Notes: generated by a model not told the origin, from the letters alone. A stretch of 64,000 bases of DNA from Alphaproteobacteria bacterium (GCA_965232515.1 CBDDPY010000002.1:3200001-3264000); one strand, 5' to 3'. Counted from the first letter of the stretch, positions 9,527 through 18,586 are shown. Numbers and translations: made by a program.

Positions 9527-10294
9527 ATGAGTGTTGATTTCGAGGTCGCCGACGGCATCGCCCGGGTGACGCTGAACCGGCCGGATCGGCTGAACGCCAT
9601 CGATGCGGCGAGCGAGACGGCCCTGCGCGAGATCTGGCGGGCGATTGACCGCGACAGCAATGTGCGCTGCGTCGTGCTGACCGGTACCGGCCGCGCGTTC
9701 TGCGCCGGCGCCGACATGAAGGAAAGCGGGCCCGGCGGTGTCGCCTACTGGGCCGGCACCGGCGACGAAGGCTTCGGCGGCATTGCGCTTGGGGCCGGGC
9801 TGTCGGTGCCGGTGATCGCCCGGGTCAACGGTCTGGCGCTGGGCGGCGGCTTCGAGATGGTGCTGGGCTGCGATCTGGTGATCGCCGCCGAAAGCGCCAG
9901 GTTCGGCCTGCCGGAACCGCGCGTCGGCCGCCTGCCGCTCGACGGCATGGTGACGCTGCCGCGTCGGCTGCCGCGCACGGTGGCGATGGGCATGCTGCTG
10001 ACCGGGCGGCAGATCTCGGCGGCGGAAGCCGCGGACCATGGCCTCGTCAACGAAGTCGTCGCCGACGACGAGTTGGACGCGGCCGTCGATCGGTGGGTTG
10101 GCGAGGTTACGGCGTGCGCGCCGCTGAGCCTGAAGGCGATCAAACGCTGCGTTGCCGACACCGGCCACCTGACGGCGCGACAGGCGCGCAACCTGCGGCA
10201 GCCGGCGGTCGTCGCGGCGCTGGAAAGCGCCGATGCCGACGAGGGCGTCGCCGCCTTCCGCGAAAAGCGCGCGGCGGTTTGGCGGGGCCGCTGA
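9527..10294 (+). CDS. Enoyl-CoA hydratase/crotonase
   Basis: LNRPDRLNA, AFCAGAD, GGGFE, FGLPE, EGVAAFREKR. Confidence 0.93.
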   Translation: MSVDFEVADGIARVTLNRPDRLNAIDAASETALREIWRAIDRDSNVRCVVLTGTGRAFCAGADMKESGPGGVAYWAGTGDEGFGGIALGAGLSVPVIARVNGLALGGGFEMVLGCDLVIAAESARFGLPEPRVGRLPLDGMVTLPRRLPRTVAMGMLLTGRQISAAEAADHGLVNEVVADDELDAAVDRWVGEVTACAPLSLKAIKRCVADTGHLTARQARNLRQPAVVAALESADADEGVAAFREKRAAVWRGR

Positions 10295-10309
10295 GCTGGC
10301 AGTAATCCC

Positions 10310-10642
10310 ATGGCTTTTGTCATCGCCGAGACCTGCATCGACGTGAAGGACGGCGTCTGCACGGAGGTCTGTCCGGTCGACTGCATCTACGAGGGCGGCC
10401 GGATGTACTACATCCAGCCCGACGAATGCGTGAACTGCGCGCTCTGCGTCTCGGTCTGCCCGGTCGAGGCGATCTGGGCCGACGACGAGGTGCCGGCGGC
10501 GTCAACCGCGTTTGCCGCGATCAATGCCGAGTTCTTCGGCGACGCCGTCACCGGCTGGGGCCGGCCCGGCGGCTTGACGCCGGAATACCGCACCGCGCAG
10601 GATCACCCGACCGTGACGGAGTGGCCACGACGGCAGGATTGA
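10310..10642 (+). CDS. fdxA: Ferredoxin (FdxA-type, 7Fe/8Fe)
   Basis: CIDVKDGVCTEVCPVDCI and ECVNCALCVSVCPVEAI. Confidence 0.85.
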   Translation: MAFVIAETCIDVKDGVCTEVCPVDCIYEGGRMYYIQPDECVNCALCVSVCPVEAIWADDEVPAASTAFAAINAEFFGDAVTGWGRPGGLTPEYRTAQDHPTVTEWPRRQD

Positions 10643-10652
10643 GCGACGGCGC

Positions 10653-11555
10653 ATGCATGCGGCTGTTCTACGTTATCTCGAAGCCGTGGCGCGCGAGGGC
10701 TCGATCCGCAAGGCCTCGGTGCGCCTGAACATCTCGGCCTCGGCCGTCAACCGCCAGATCCAGAAGCTGGAGGACTATTTCCAGACGCCGCTGTTCGAGC
10801 GACATCCAAGCGGTCTGCGGCTGACCGAGGCCGGCCGCCTGGTGCTGCGTCACGCCCGCGAAACCATGCAGGACTTCGACCGGCTGAAGGGCGAGGTCGA
10901 CAATCTGCGCGGCCTGGTGAGCGGCGTCGTCACCATCTCGACGCTCGACAGCCTGACCGTGCACTTTCTGCCGGAGGCGCTGGCGCGCTTCGCCGCGACC
11001 TATCCAGCCGTCGCGATCCGGGCGCTGACGGGCGATCCGATCGAGGCGCTGCAGGCCGTCGCGCAGGGCGAGGCCGATCTCGGCCTGACCTTCAATCCGG
11101 CGCCGGGCAGCGGCGTCAAGGTGCTGCACGATATCGCCAGCGGCATGTGCGCGATCATGCCGCCCGATCACCCTTTGGCGGCGCGGCGGTCCGTAACCCT
11201 CGCCGATTGCGGCGACTATCCGCTGATCTACCAGGAAAGCTCGGGCTCGATGCAGCGCTTCTTCGGCGAAGAGATGGAAGCTTTCAGACGCGCACACCCA
11301 CCGGTGCTGATCTCCAATACGATGGCGCTGATCAAACGTCTGGTGCTGCGCGGCACCGGCATCGCCTTCTATACCCAGCTTGGCTTCACCGAGGAGCTGG
11401 CGGACGGGCGGCTGGCCGCGGTGCCGCTGTCCGACGGGCGGCTGCCCGATCTGCGACTGTCATTGATCGCGCCCTCCGACCGCGCGCCGACGGTGGCAGG
11501 CGAAACCATGGCCGCGCATCTGCGCACGGCGCTGCAGACAATCGGCTCGACTTAG
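10653..11555 (+). CDS. LysR family transcriptional regulator
   Basis: GSIRKAS..LNISASAVNRQIQKLE...LFER...LTEAG HTH. Confidence 0.93.
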   Translation: MHAAVLRYLEAVAREGSIRKASVRLNISASAVNRQIQKLEDYFQTPLFERHPSGLRLTEAGRLVLRHARETMQDFDRLKGEVDNLRGLVSGVVTISTLDSLTVHFLPEALARFAATYPAVAIRALTGDPIEALQAVAQGEADLGLTFNPAPGSGVKVLHDIASGMCAIMPPDHPLAARRSVTLADCGDYPLIYQESSGSMQRFFGEEMEAFRRAHPPVLISNTMALIKRLVLRGTGIAFYTQLGFTEELADGRLAAVPLSDGRLPDLRLSLIAPSDRAPTVAGETMAAHLRTALQTIGST

Positions 11556-12721
11556 TCGACCTTGAAACGGCGGCGGACGCGGATCGGTTCCTGGATCTTC
11601 TTCAGCTTGTTGAGCTGCCAGAGCTTGTGGATCATCGGTTCGGTGAGCGCGTGGCCAGCCGCGAGGATCATCTCGCCGTCTTCGCTGGTGACATCTTCCA
11701 ACAGGTGATCGCCGACGGCCAGGCGTCCGAGCGACATGTCGACCTCCCGCTCCTCGGTGACGCCTTCGCTCGCCCTTCCGCTGCCGGTCAGCGCTTGCGC
11801 CGCGAGGTCGATCAATGCCGGGTCGTAGAGCTGGGCGTTTGCCTTGAGCGCCGCAAGGGCGTCATCCGAAACCTGCTCGTCGGCGCAAAGGCCGGAGAGA
11901 TCGGTGAGCAGCTTCAAAACCCGGCCAGCGACGGGGATGTCTTCGCCGGCCTTGTCGTCGTCGGGGAAGCCGCTGCCGTCGAAGCCCTTGTTCTGATAGT
12001 AGATCGCGTCGGCCACGGCCTCGAGACGCGGGATGTTGCGCACGAGATCGCGCGCCGCGCCGGGCGACTGGTTCACCAGCTCGGCCTCGCGCGGCGACAG
12101 CTCGGCCTTGCCTTCGAGCTTGGCGAGTACATCCGTCGGCAGCACGATGCGGCCGAGACCGGCGAGCATGATCGCCATGTCGAGCTGCCAGGGGTCGATG
12201 CCGCGCAGCTTCGGCACCAGACGCCGGGCCCAGGCCCGCATGCGCGCTGTGGCGTCGAAGGTGCGCGCGTTCTGTAGCGACAGGATATCGATCAACAGCT
12301 TGATGCTGCCGGCGAGCGTCTGCTCCAGCAGGTCGCGCTCGGCGCGGCGCAGGCGGTACTGCTCCTTGGCCTCGTTGATCGCGGCCAGCAGATCCTCGGG
12401 CTGACAAGGCTTGGTCAGAAAGCGAAAGATGTTGCCGTCGTTGATGGCCTGAGCGGCGGTTTCCTGATCGGCATTGCCGGTCAGCATCATGCGTACGGCG
12501 TCGGGGCTGCGCGTCGCCACCTTCTTCAGGAAGGCAACGCCGTCCATTTCGGGCATCTGCTGGTCGCTGATGACGACGCTGAAAGGTCCCTGCTCGGCCA
12601 GCGCCGTCAGGCCCTCGGCGCCGCCGGTCGCCGTCACCATCTCCACCTGCTTGCGCAGGCGGCGCTTGAACGCGTTCAGCACGTTCGGATCGTCGTCGAC
12701 GAACAGGACTTTCGCGCTCAC
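11552..12721 (-). CDS. Response regulator: REC plus degenerate HD-GYP domain
   Basis: LFVDDD, VISDQQMPEMDG, LTG, FLTKP; output domain has LAGLGR for LHDIGK, YQNK for HHER and DGSGFP for DGSGYP. Confidence 0.85.
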   Translation of the reverse strand: MSAKVLFVDDDPNVLNAFKRRLRKQVEMVTATGGAEGLTALAEQGPFSVVISDQQMPEMDGVAFLKKVATRSPDAVRMMLTGNADQETAAQAINDGNIFRFLTKPCQPEDLLAAINEAKEQYRLRRAERDLLEQTLAGSIKLLIDILSLQNARTFDATARMRAWARRLVPKLRGIDPWQLDMAIMLAGLGRIVLPTDVLAKLEGKAELSPREAELVNQSPGAARDLVRNIPRLEAVADAIYYQNKGFDGSGFPDDDKAGEDIPVAGRVLKLLTDLSGLCADEQVSDDALAALKANAQLYDPALIDLAAQALTGSGRASEGVTEEREVDMSLGRLAVGDHLLEDVTSEDGEMILAAGHALTEPMIHKLWQLNKLKKIQEPIRVRRRFKVD

Positions 12722-13809
12722 AGCCGAACCTCCTTTTGCCGCAAGGTGCTGCGCACGGACTCGATCAGCGGCGCGGTTTCGGTCGCGCGGCCCGGTTCCG
12801 CAGCGTCTTCAGGCCCGATCACCAATGTCCGCACGGTGTCGATCAGGATCGAGAGGTGATCGCCGGCATCGGCGCCCGTCCCGTCCGCCAACAGTTCGAC
12901 GAGTTCCGTCGGGAAGCCCCATAAGCTGGCCATGAACATGGAAGTCGGCGACACATCGTCTTCCACCGGCCCATCACAGGCCAGCGTTGCTGCCTGGCCA
13001 AGCTCGGTAAACTTGCAGGCCTGCCGGGCGAGCAGCTTTTGCGTCTCGCTCAGGTCCATTTCGCCGGCGATGCATTCGGCGATTGCCGCGGCGCGGCAGG
13101 CCCGGCGCCAACAGGCAAGAAAAGCATCGGCCCAGGACGCCGCCTCGTCCAGCGGCCGGCAGAAGCCCGGCAGTTCCAGCAGGTCGCGCATGACATCGAC
13201 GCCCAGCATGCGCACGGCCTGACCGGGCACGAACATGACGTTGTCGATGCCGAAATAGGCGGAGTTGGAGAGCTGCAGGATCTTCGCCGACAGGCTGAGA
13301 TCATCCGCGACGATTTCCGCCAGCTGGTCGAGCGACGGCGTGTCCTGCGACAGCGTGTAGCGAAGCTTATCGATGACGCTCTGCGGACTGGGCAAGCAAG
13401 GCAGTCCCGGCAGCGATGCCGCCGCCGCGTCAGACACGCCAGATCGCGTCCGCAATGCAGCGCCGACGGCCGACGTCAGCAGGTCCGCGTCGCACGGTTT
13501 CGCCAGAAACTGATGGCTCGGACCGACGGTGCGATAGACCGCCTCGCGATCGGCCTGACCGGAAAGCACGATGCGGACGCTCGCCGCCTGCCGCTCGGCG
13601 AAACCGCACAGCACCTGCGCGCCATCGATACCCGGCATGCGCATGTCGGAGACGACAACGTCGAACGCCGTTTCATCGGCCATCGCCAAGGCCTGCTCGC
13701 CGCCCTCGGCAAACTGCATATCCCATTCCCGCCGGTGCGAGCGAAGCATGCGACGCAGACCGTCCAGCACGTTGCGCTCGTCGTCGACGAACAGGATGCG
13801 AGGTTTCAT
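12718..13809 (-). CDS. Response regulator: REC plus HDOD domain
   Basis: MKPRILFVDDE, VVSDMRMPG, FLAKP; LPSP...D.SLSAKILQLSNSAYFG HDOD signature; start overlaps the kinase stop. Confidence 0.85.
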   Translation of the reverse strand: MKPRILFVDDERNVLDGLRRMLRSHRREWDMQFAEGGEQALAMADETAFDVVVSDMRMPGIDGAQVLCGFAERQAASVRIVLSGQADREAVYRTVGPSHQFLAKPCDADLLTSAVGAALRTRSGVSDAAAASLPGLPCLPSPQSVIDKLRYTLSQDTPSLDQLAEIVADDLSLSAKILQLSNSAYFGIDNVMFVPGQAVRMLGVDVMRDLLELPGFCRPLDEAASWADAFLACWRRACRAAAIAECIAGEMDLSETQKLLARQACKFTELGQAATLACDGPVEDDVSPTSMFMASLWGFPTELVELLADGTGADAGDHLSILIDTVRTLVIGPEDAAEPGRATETAPLIESVRSTLRQKEVRL

Positions 13810-15191
13810 CAGGCGGCCTCTCGGCTTCCGGCATCCTGGACCGGCAGCGAAATCCGGAACCTCGTGCCGGCGCCAATCTCGGAGTCGATATCGATGGCGC
13901 CACCATGCTTGGCGACGACGATGTTGTGCGTGATGGCGAGTCCCTGACCCGTGCCCTTGCCGACGCCCTTGGTCGTGAAGAAGGGATCGTAGATCTTTTC
14001 CAGGTTTTCCTTCGGAATCCCGCAGCCGGAGTCGGCCACCGTCAGCACGACCCGGTCGGCGTCGCTGCGCGTCGCAATCCGGATCCTGCCCAACGCCTCG
14101 CCCGGGACCTCCTCGATGGCATGCGCGGCGTTGACGATGAGGTTCAGCAGGACCTGATTGATGTCGCCGGGATGGCCCATGACTTTCGGCAGGTCGTCGG
14201 CCAGCTCGAAGTCCAGCTCGGCGACATACTTCCACTGGTTCCGGCACACCGTCGCCGTGGTCTTCAACGCCTTGTTCAGGTCGATCGCCGTCTTCTCGTC
14301 GGTGCCGGGGTGCGCGAATTCCTTGATCGCGCCGACGATCTTGCTGATCCGCTTGACGCCTTCCAGGCTCTGCTCGATGCAGCGCGGCGCCTCCTCCATC
14401 AGGAATTCGAGGTCGGCCTCATCCTCGGCGGCTTTGACCTCGGCCACCACTTCCGCGCCGCCGGCCGCTTCCAGCGCCGTCATCGCTATCGCATGGGCCG
14501 CGAAGATTTGCTCCAGGTCGGCCATCATGTCCTTCAGGAAGTGGATGTTGTCGCTGATGAACTGCACCGGCGTGTTGATCTCGTGCGCGATGCCGCTGGC
14601 GAGCGTGCCGAGCGATTCCAGCTTCTGCGCCTGGCGCAGCTCCTGCTCCAGCGCCTGTCGCTTCGCCTCGGTCTTCCGACGCTTGGTGATGTCGCGGCAG
14701 ATCCAGACCGTATGCACCTGGCCGGCATGCTCGAGCCGGGACACGCCGATTTCGACCGGGAAGGTGCGGCCGTCGGCCGCGAGACCGGTCAGCTCGCTCG
14801 ACAGATCGCGCTCGCTGTCGTCGTCGGCGTAGGCGGCAAGATCCGTGACCGCGGCCTGAATCAGGGCCTCGGCGTCATTACGACAATCCTCGGCGAAGAG
14901 CGACGCCACCGGGCGGCCGGTCAGCGTCTGCGCATCGGCGCCGAAGCTGACCTCCGTCATGCGATTGACCCGGATGATCACGCCATCGGCGTCAACCACA
15001 AGGAAGGCGGCGAGCGAGCGATCGAGGATCGCGTTCAGCTGCGACGATTGCGCGGCCACCTCGTCGGCCATCCGTTTGAGCTCGCCATTGGCCTGGTAGA
15101 GCTCGAAGCTCTTGGCCTCGAGCAGCGACTCGGCCTGCTGGCGGGCGGCCTTCTCGCGCTCGTAGCGGCGCTGCAGCAGATGCGGATCCAT
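13809..15191 (-). CDS. Soluble PAS-domain sensor histidine kinase, H-NOX associated
   Basis: N-terminal coiled coil RRYEREKAARQQAESLLEAKSFELY; PAS (GRTFPVEI); H-box IAHEINTP; N-box NLIVNAAHA; DSGCGI, FFTTK, GTGQGL; no TM segment. Confidence 0.92.
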   Translation of the reverse strand: MDPHLLQRRYEREKAARQQAESLLEAKSFELYQANGELKRMADEVAAQSSQLNAILDRSLAAFLVVDADGVIIRVNRMTEVSFGADAQTLTGRPVASLFAEDCRNDAEALIQAAVTDLAAYADDDSERDLSSELTGLAADGRTFPVEIGVSRLEHAGQVHTVWICRDITKRRKTEAKRQALEQELRQAQKLESLGTLASGIAHEINTPVQFISDNIHFLKDMMADLEQIFAAHAIAMTALEAAGGAEVVAEVKAAEDEADLEFLMEEAPRCIEQSLEGVKRISKIVGAIKEFAHPGTDEKTAIDLNKALKTTATVCRNQWKYVAELDFELADDLPKVMGHPGDINQVLLNLIVNAAHAIEEVPGEALGRIRIATRSDADRVVLTVADSGCGIPKENLEKIYDPFFTTKGVGKGTGQGLAITHNIVVAKHGGAIDIDSEIGAGTRFRISLPVQDAGSREAA

Positions 15192-15207
15192 GGGTGGGCT
15201 CGGATGC

Positions 15208-15750
15208 CTAGTTGATGCGGGTCAGCCGGAACGTGGCCGCCGTGCCGGGCGGATCGAGATCGGTCCGCTCGAGCTTCACCGACTCACCGAAGTGGCTGAG
15301 GCAGGCCTCGATCAGGCCGTGCGCAAGGTCGGCGAGGCCGCGCTCTGAGGCATAGTCGATCACCAGCGTCGAGGGATCGGGCCGGTTGCACGTCAATGTC
15401 GGCAGGTCGGCGTCTGGATAGAGCTTGCGAACCTCGACATGGATATAGCTGTCGACCTTCTCGAGGAAATCGAAGGCGTTGCTGCTGCCGACGAAGAAAT
15501 CGGGATGCACCTTGACGAAGGTATTGAACAGGTGCTGGCCGAATGCCTTGACCAGATCCGGCACGGCTTGCTGGGTCTTGGCGCTGAGCGCACCGACCAG
15601 GGCGACGATTTCGCTATGGTCGTACGTCCCGACCGTCGTGTAGGCGCCGCCGGATTCCAGACCGCTTTCCATGACGATCGCTTCAGTGATCTCGGGCGAA
15701 AAAGCCTGATCCACCATCTCAAGAAATTCAGTAAAAACCACACCCTTCAT
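15208..15750 (-). CDS. H-NOX (heme NO-binding) protein
   Basis: MKGVVFTEF start; proximal His in IHVEVRKLYP; YxSxR motif (YASER); GLI; GGAG RBS. Confidence 0.92.
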   Translation of the reverse strand: MKGVVFTEFLEMVDQAFSPEITEAIVMESGLESGGAYTTVGTYDHSEIVALVGALSAKTQQAVPDLVKAFGQHLFNTFVKVHPDFFVGSSNAFDFLEKVDSYIHVEVRKLYPDADLPTLTCNRPDPSTLVIDYASERGLADLAHGLIEACLSHFGESVKLERTDLDPPGTAATFRLTRIN

Positions 15751-15914
15751 GGTTATCTCCTGATGACACCAATAATCACAAACTAATGATCGGAAACAGT
15801 ACGGAAGCTTGATTAACGGGCGATTGAAAATCCCGCATTCTGGAACCGCTATTTCTTCCGGAACCGTTCGCGCGTCATTTCGGAAAAGATGCAGAAAATG
15901 CCGGCGATCCGCAG

Positions 15915-15928
15915 TCCCCATTTGAGGG
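15915..15928. promoter_or_regulatory. Putative operator upstream of the H-NOX operon
   Basis: TCCCCATTTGAGGG, 12/14 identical to the palindrome at 17051-17064. Confidence 0.45.
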
Positions 15929-15990
15929 TGATCTTTCGGCGGCGTTAACCATGCCGCCGAACGCGCCCGGCGAGACCGCCGGATACCGCG

Positions 15991-17013
15991 CTACGGGGAT
16001 GTCGAAATGCTGGGTGAGGTCAGGACGAGCCGGATCAGCTCGGACTGGCGTGAAGTTTCGGTCTTGGAAAAGACCTGCTTGAGATAGGTCCGGGCGGTGC
16101 TGACCGTGACGCCGCAACGTTCGGCCGCGGCTTCGAGCCGGTCGCCGAGCGCCAGTGCGTGTACCAGACGCGACTCCGCGCCGGTCAGATCGAACAGACG
16201 GGCGATCGCCGGCGCCGCCGGTGGTTGCAAGGTTTCGGGATCGGCGATGAACAGTACGGCCAAGGCCTCCGCGGCGCCGGCGGCTTCCTCGACGGCGGTT
16301 ACGGCCACCCCGAGCGGCCGGGCGAGCGACGGACGGCCGAGCGCCAGCATGCCCTCGCCGAGCCCCTCGCCGTCCCGCTCTGCCGCCGCCCGCACCAGCC
16401 GATGCAGTTCCGCGGTCTGCGGCGGGTCGGCGGCACGGCAGATCTCACCGGTGCCGAGGGTCAAGCCGTCGGCGGCCGACAAAAGACGCGCGCCGGCATT
16501 GTTGGTCAGCACCACCCGCGCACCAGCATTCAGGACGATCACGGCCAGGGACAAACGGTTCAGCGCCGCCAAACCGATACGTTCGGACAGGCTGCTACCG
16601 CCGGCGACGCTGGACGGCCGGATGTCCGCCAGCGCCGCGGCCACGCCTTCGCGCAGGCGATCGGGATCGCAGGGCTTGGTGTAGAAGCGGAATACGGCCG
16701 CGGTGTTGATAGCGTCGACGGCCGTGTCGAGATCAGCGGTGCCGGTCAGCATGATGAAGCGTGTGTCGGGCAGATGCCCGCGCATGGCGACGACCATCTC
16801 GAGCCCGGTGAGGCCCGGCATCTTCATGTCCGAGACGACAACATGGGGTTGGATGCTCCGAGCCGTCTCGATGGCTTGCCGGGGATCGGTCTCGAAATGC
16901 AGGTCGTAGCCCGCGGAATCGCCGGCGAAGGTCCGCCGCAATCCGCTGAGAACCGCTTCCTCGTCGTCGACAAATAGCAGGCGCGATGCGTCCGTCATGG
17001 CGGCAGACTCCAT
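15991..17013 (-). CDS. Response regulator: REC, PAS-like middle region, LuxR-type HTH
   Basis: LLFVDDE, VVSDMKMPG, YTKP; C-terminal LTGAESRL...TARTYLKQVFSKTETSRQSELIR; start may be 16998. Confidence 0.9.
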   Translation of the reverse strand: MESAAMTDASRLLFVDDEEAVLSGLRRTFAGDSAGYDLHFETDPRQAIETARSIQPHVVVSDMKMPGLTGLEMVVAMRGHLPDTRFIMLTGTADLDTAVDAINTAAVFRFYTKPCDPDRLREGVAAALADIRPSSVAGGSSLSERIGLAALNRLSLAVIVLNAGARVVLTNNAGARLLSAADGLTLGTGEICRAADPPQTAELHRLVRAAAERDGEGLGEGMLALGRPSLARPLGVAVTAVEEAAGAAEALAVLFIADPETLQPPAAPAIARLFDLTGAESRLVHALALGDRLEAAAERCGVTVSTARTYLKQVFSKTETSRQSELIRLVLTSPSISTSP

Positions 17014-17050
17014 CAGCCGCCTTACAGATTTCTAAATGGCGGGATACCCC

Positions 17051-17064
17051 TCCCCATTTGGGGA
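17051..17064. promoter_or_regulatory. Palindromic putative operator upstream of the REC-LuxR gene
   Basis: TCCCCA-TT-TGGGGA, perfect 6-bp arms, 38 bp upstream of the start at 17013. Confidence 0.5.
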
Positions 17065-17100
17065 TTTCGATCCGGACGGGGGAAACCTAGATTGGCGCCA

Positions 17101-17195
17101 TCGACGGGGCGGCGGACGGCTCTCTGCCCTCCACCGCCCACTGAAAGGAGAAGGTTCGCACCTTCCCCGCCCCGCTGGCCGCCGTCGCCCCGTCG
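17101..17195 (+). other. Intergenic long stem-loop (possible structured RNA)
   Basis: 19-bp outer stem 17101-17120 / 17177-17195 with one bulge and one G-U pair, enclosing a GAAGG..CCTTC hairpin. Confidence 0.35.
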
Positions 17196-17323
17196 AACCA
17201 GTTTGCCGCCGGCCGCGATCATGCCCCGCAGCAGGATGCGCGCGGCGCGAGGTCCTCCACCGCCTCGCGCCGCCGCATTCGGGTCCAAAAATCCCGGTCG
17301 GCCGGCCGCTTCTCCGAGGTGGC

Positions 17324-18487
17324 TTACTCCAGGGTCTGAAACAGCCGGATCATCAGCGCCGTGCGTTCGACCAGCGACGAGTACAAGATGTGCTCGTCGT
17401 GGCTGTGGGCGCCATAGCCGTCGGCGCCGAGGCCGTCGAGCGTCGGGATGCCGAGCGCGCCGGTGAAGTTGCCGTCGCTGCCGCCGCCGGTGATCTTGCA
17501 GTCCTCGAGCTCGAAGCCGATCTCGTCGGCGAGCGCCTTGGCATGATTGAACAGGGCGGCGATTTCCGGCGACTTGATATAGGGCGGCCGGTTCATGCCG
17601 CCGGTGATCGTCACCTCGACGTCCGGGTCGAAGCTCGTGAAGCCAAGAACCTTGGCGCACATCGCCTCGGCCACCTCCGGGTTCGGCAGCCGCATATCGA
17701 CCTCGGCCGTGCATTCCGACGGCACGACGTTCATCATCGTGCCGCCCTCGACGCGGCCGACATTGGCGGTGATGCCGGTGTCGTAGTCGGTCAGTTCCTC
17801 GATGCGCAGGATCTGGCGCGCCATCTCGCGGATGGCGCTGCGGCCGTCCTGATGGCTGGCGCCGGCATGCGACGGCCGGCCCTTCACGTGGATCCAGAAC
17901 TGGGCGACGCCCTTGCGGCAGGTGACGACCTTGCCGCCCTCGCGCGCCGGCTCGGTGACCAGCACGTATTTGTTCTTGCGCGCTTCCGCCTCGATCATCT
18001 CACGCGAGACCGGACTGCCGACTTCTTCTTCGGGGATGTAGAGAAAGGTGATCGGCAGCGGCGTCTCCTCGCCGTTCCGCACCAGGTGCCGGTAAGCGTG
18101 CTGGGCGATGTAGGCGCCTGCCTTCATGTCGTAGATACCGGGACCGTAGACCTTGTCGCCTTCGCGGCGGACTTTCAATGTCTCGTCGATGATGCCGATG
18201 GCGTGCACGGTGTCGATATGGCTCAGCACCAGGATGCCCGGTCCTTCCCCGCCCCACGGCGTCCGCACCTTCAGGATATCGCCGTAACCGTCGCGCCCCG
18301 GCACGCGTTCGATCCGCGCACCAAGCTGCCGGGCGCCGTGCTCGACGTGATCGGCCATGCGATTGACGGCGGCCGCGTCGAACGACGGCGACTCGATCTC
18401 GACCCAGCCGAGAATGCCCTGCAGGATCTCCTCGGCATCAAGGCTCGGCAGGTTCGAGCCAGCAGCGACGGACTGGTCATTCGGCAT
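17324..18487 (-). CDS. M20 family metallopeptidase (glutamate carboxypeptidase-like)
   Basis: SHIDTV, GIYDMKAG, PEEEVG, GGGSDGN, GAHSHDE metal-binding motifs. Confidence 0.92.
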   Translation of the reverse strand: MPNDQSVAAGSNLPSLDAEEILQGILGWVEIESPSFDAAAVNRMADHVEHGARQLGARIERVPGRDGYGDILKVRTPWGGEGPGILVLSHIDTVHAIGIIDETLKVRREGDKVYGPGIYDMKAGAYIAQHAYRHLVRNGEETPLPITFLYIPEEEVGSPVSREMIEAEARKNKYVLVTEPAREGGKVVTCRKGVAQFWIHVKGRPSHAGASHQDGRSAIREMARQILRIEELTDYDTGITANVGRVEGGTMMNVVPSECTAEVDMRLPNPEVAEAMCAKVLGFTSFDPDVEVTITGGMNRPPYIKSPEIAALFNHAKALADEIGFELEDCKITGGGSDGNFTGALGIPTLDGLGADGYGAHSHDEHILYSSLVERTALMIRLFQTLE

Positions 18488-18586
18488 GACGGATACGACT
18501 CCCCAACTGGTGATTGCACGGGTCCCCGGCGAACGTTAGCCGGATCGCGCCGACAGCAAAACCCCGCATCGTCCAGCGAGGGGTCG

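Noticed and set aside
10310-10642. Ferredoxin as electron donor for the Rieske oxygenase
   Set aside because: It is an FdxA-type 7Fe/8Fe protein 20 kb away in another operon; Rieske oxygenases normally use 2Fe-2S ferredoxins or fused reductases.
13810-14247. N-terminal extension of the REC-HDOD ORF
   Set aside because: Overlaps the kinase; the REC domain begins at MKPRILFVDD (13809).
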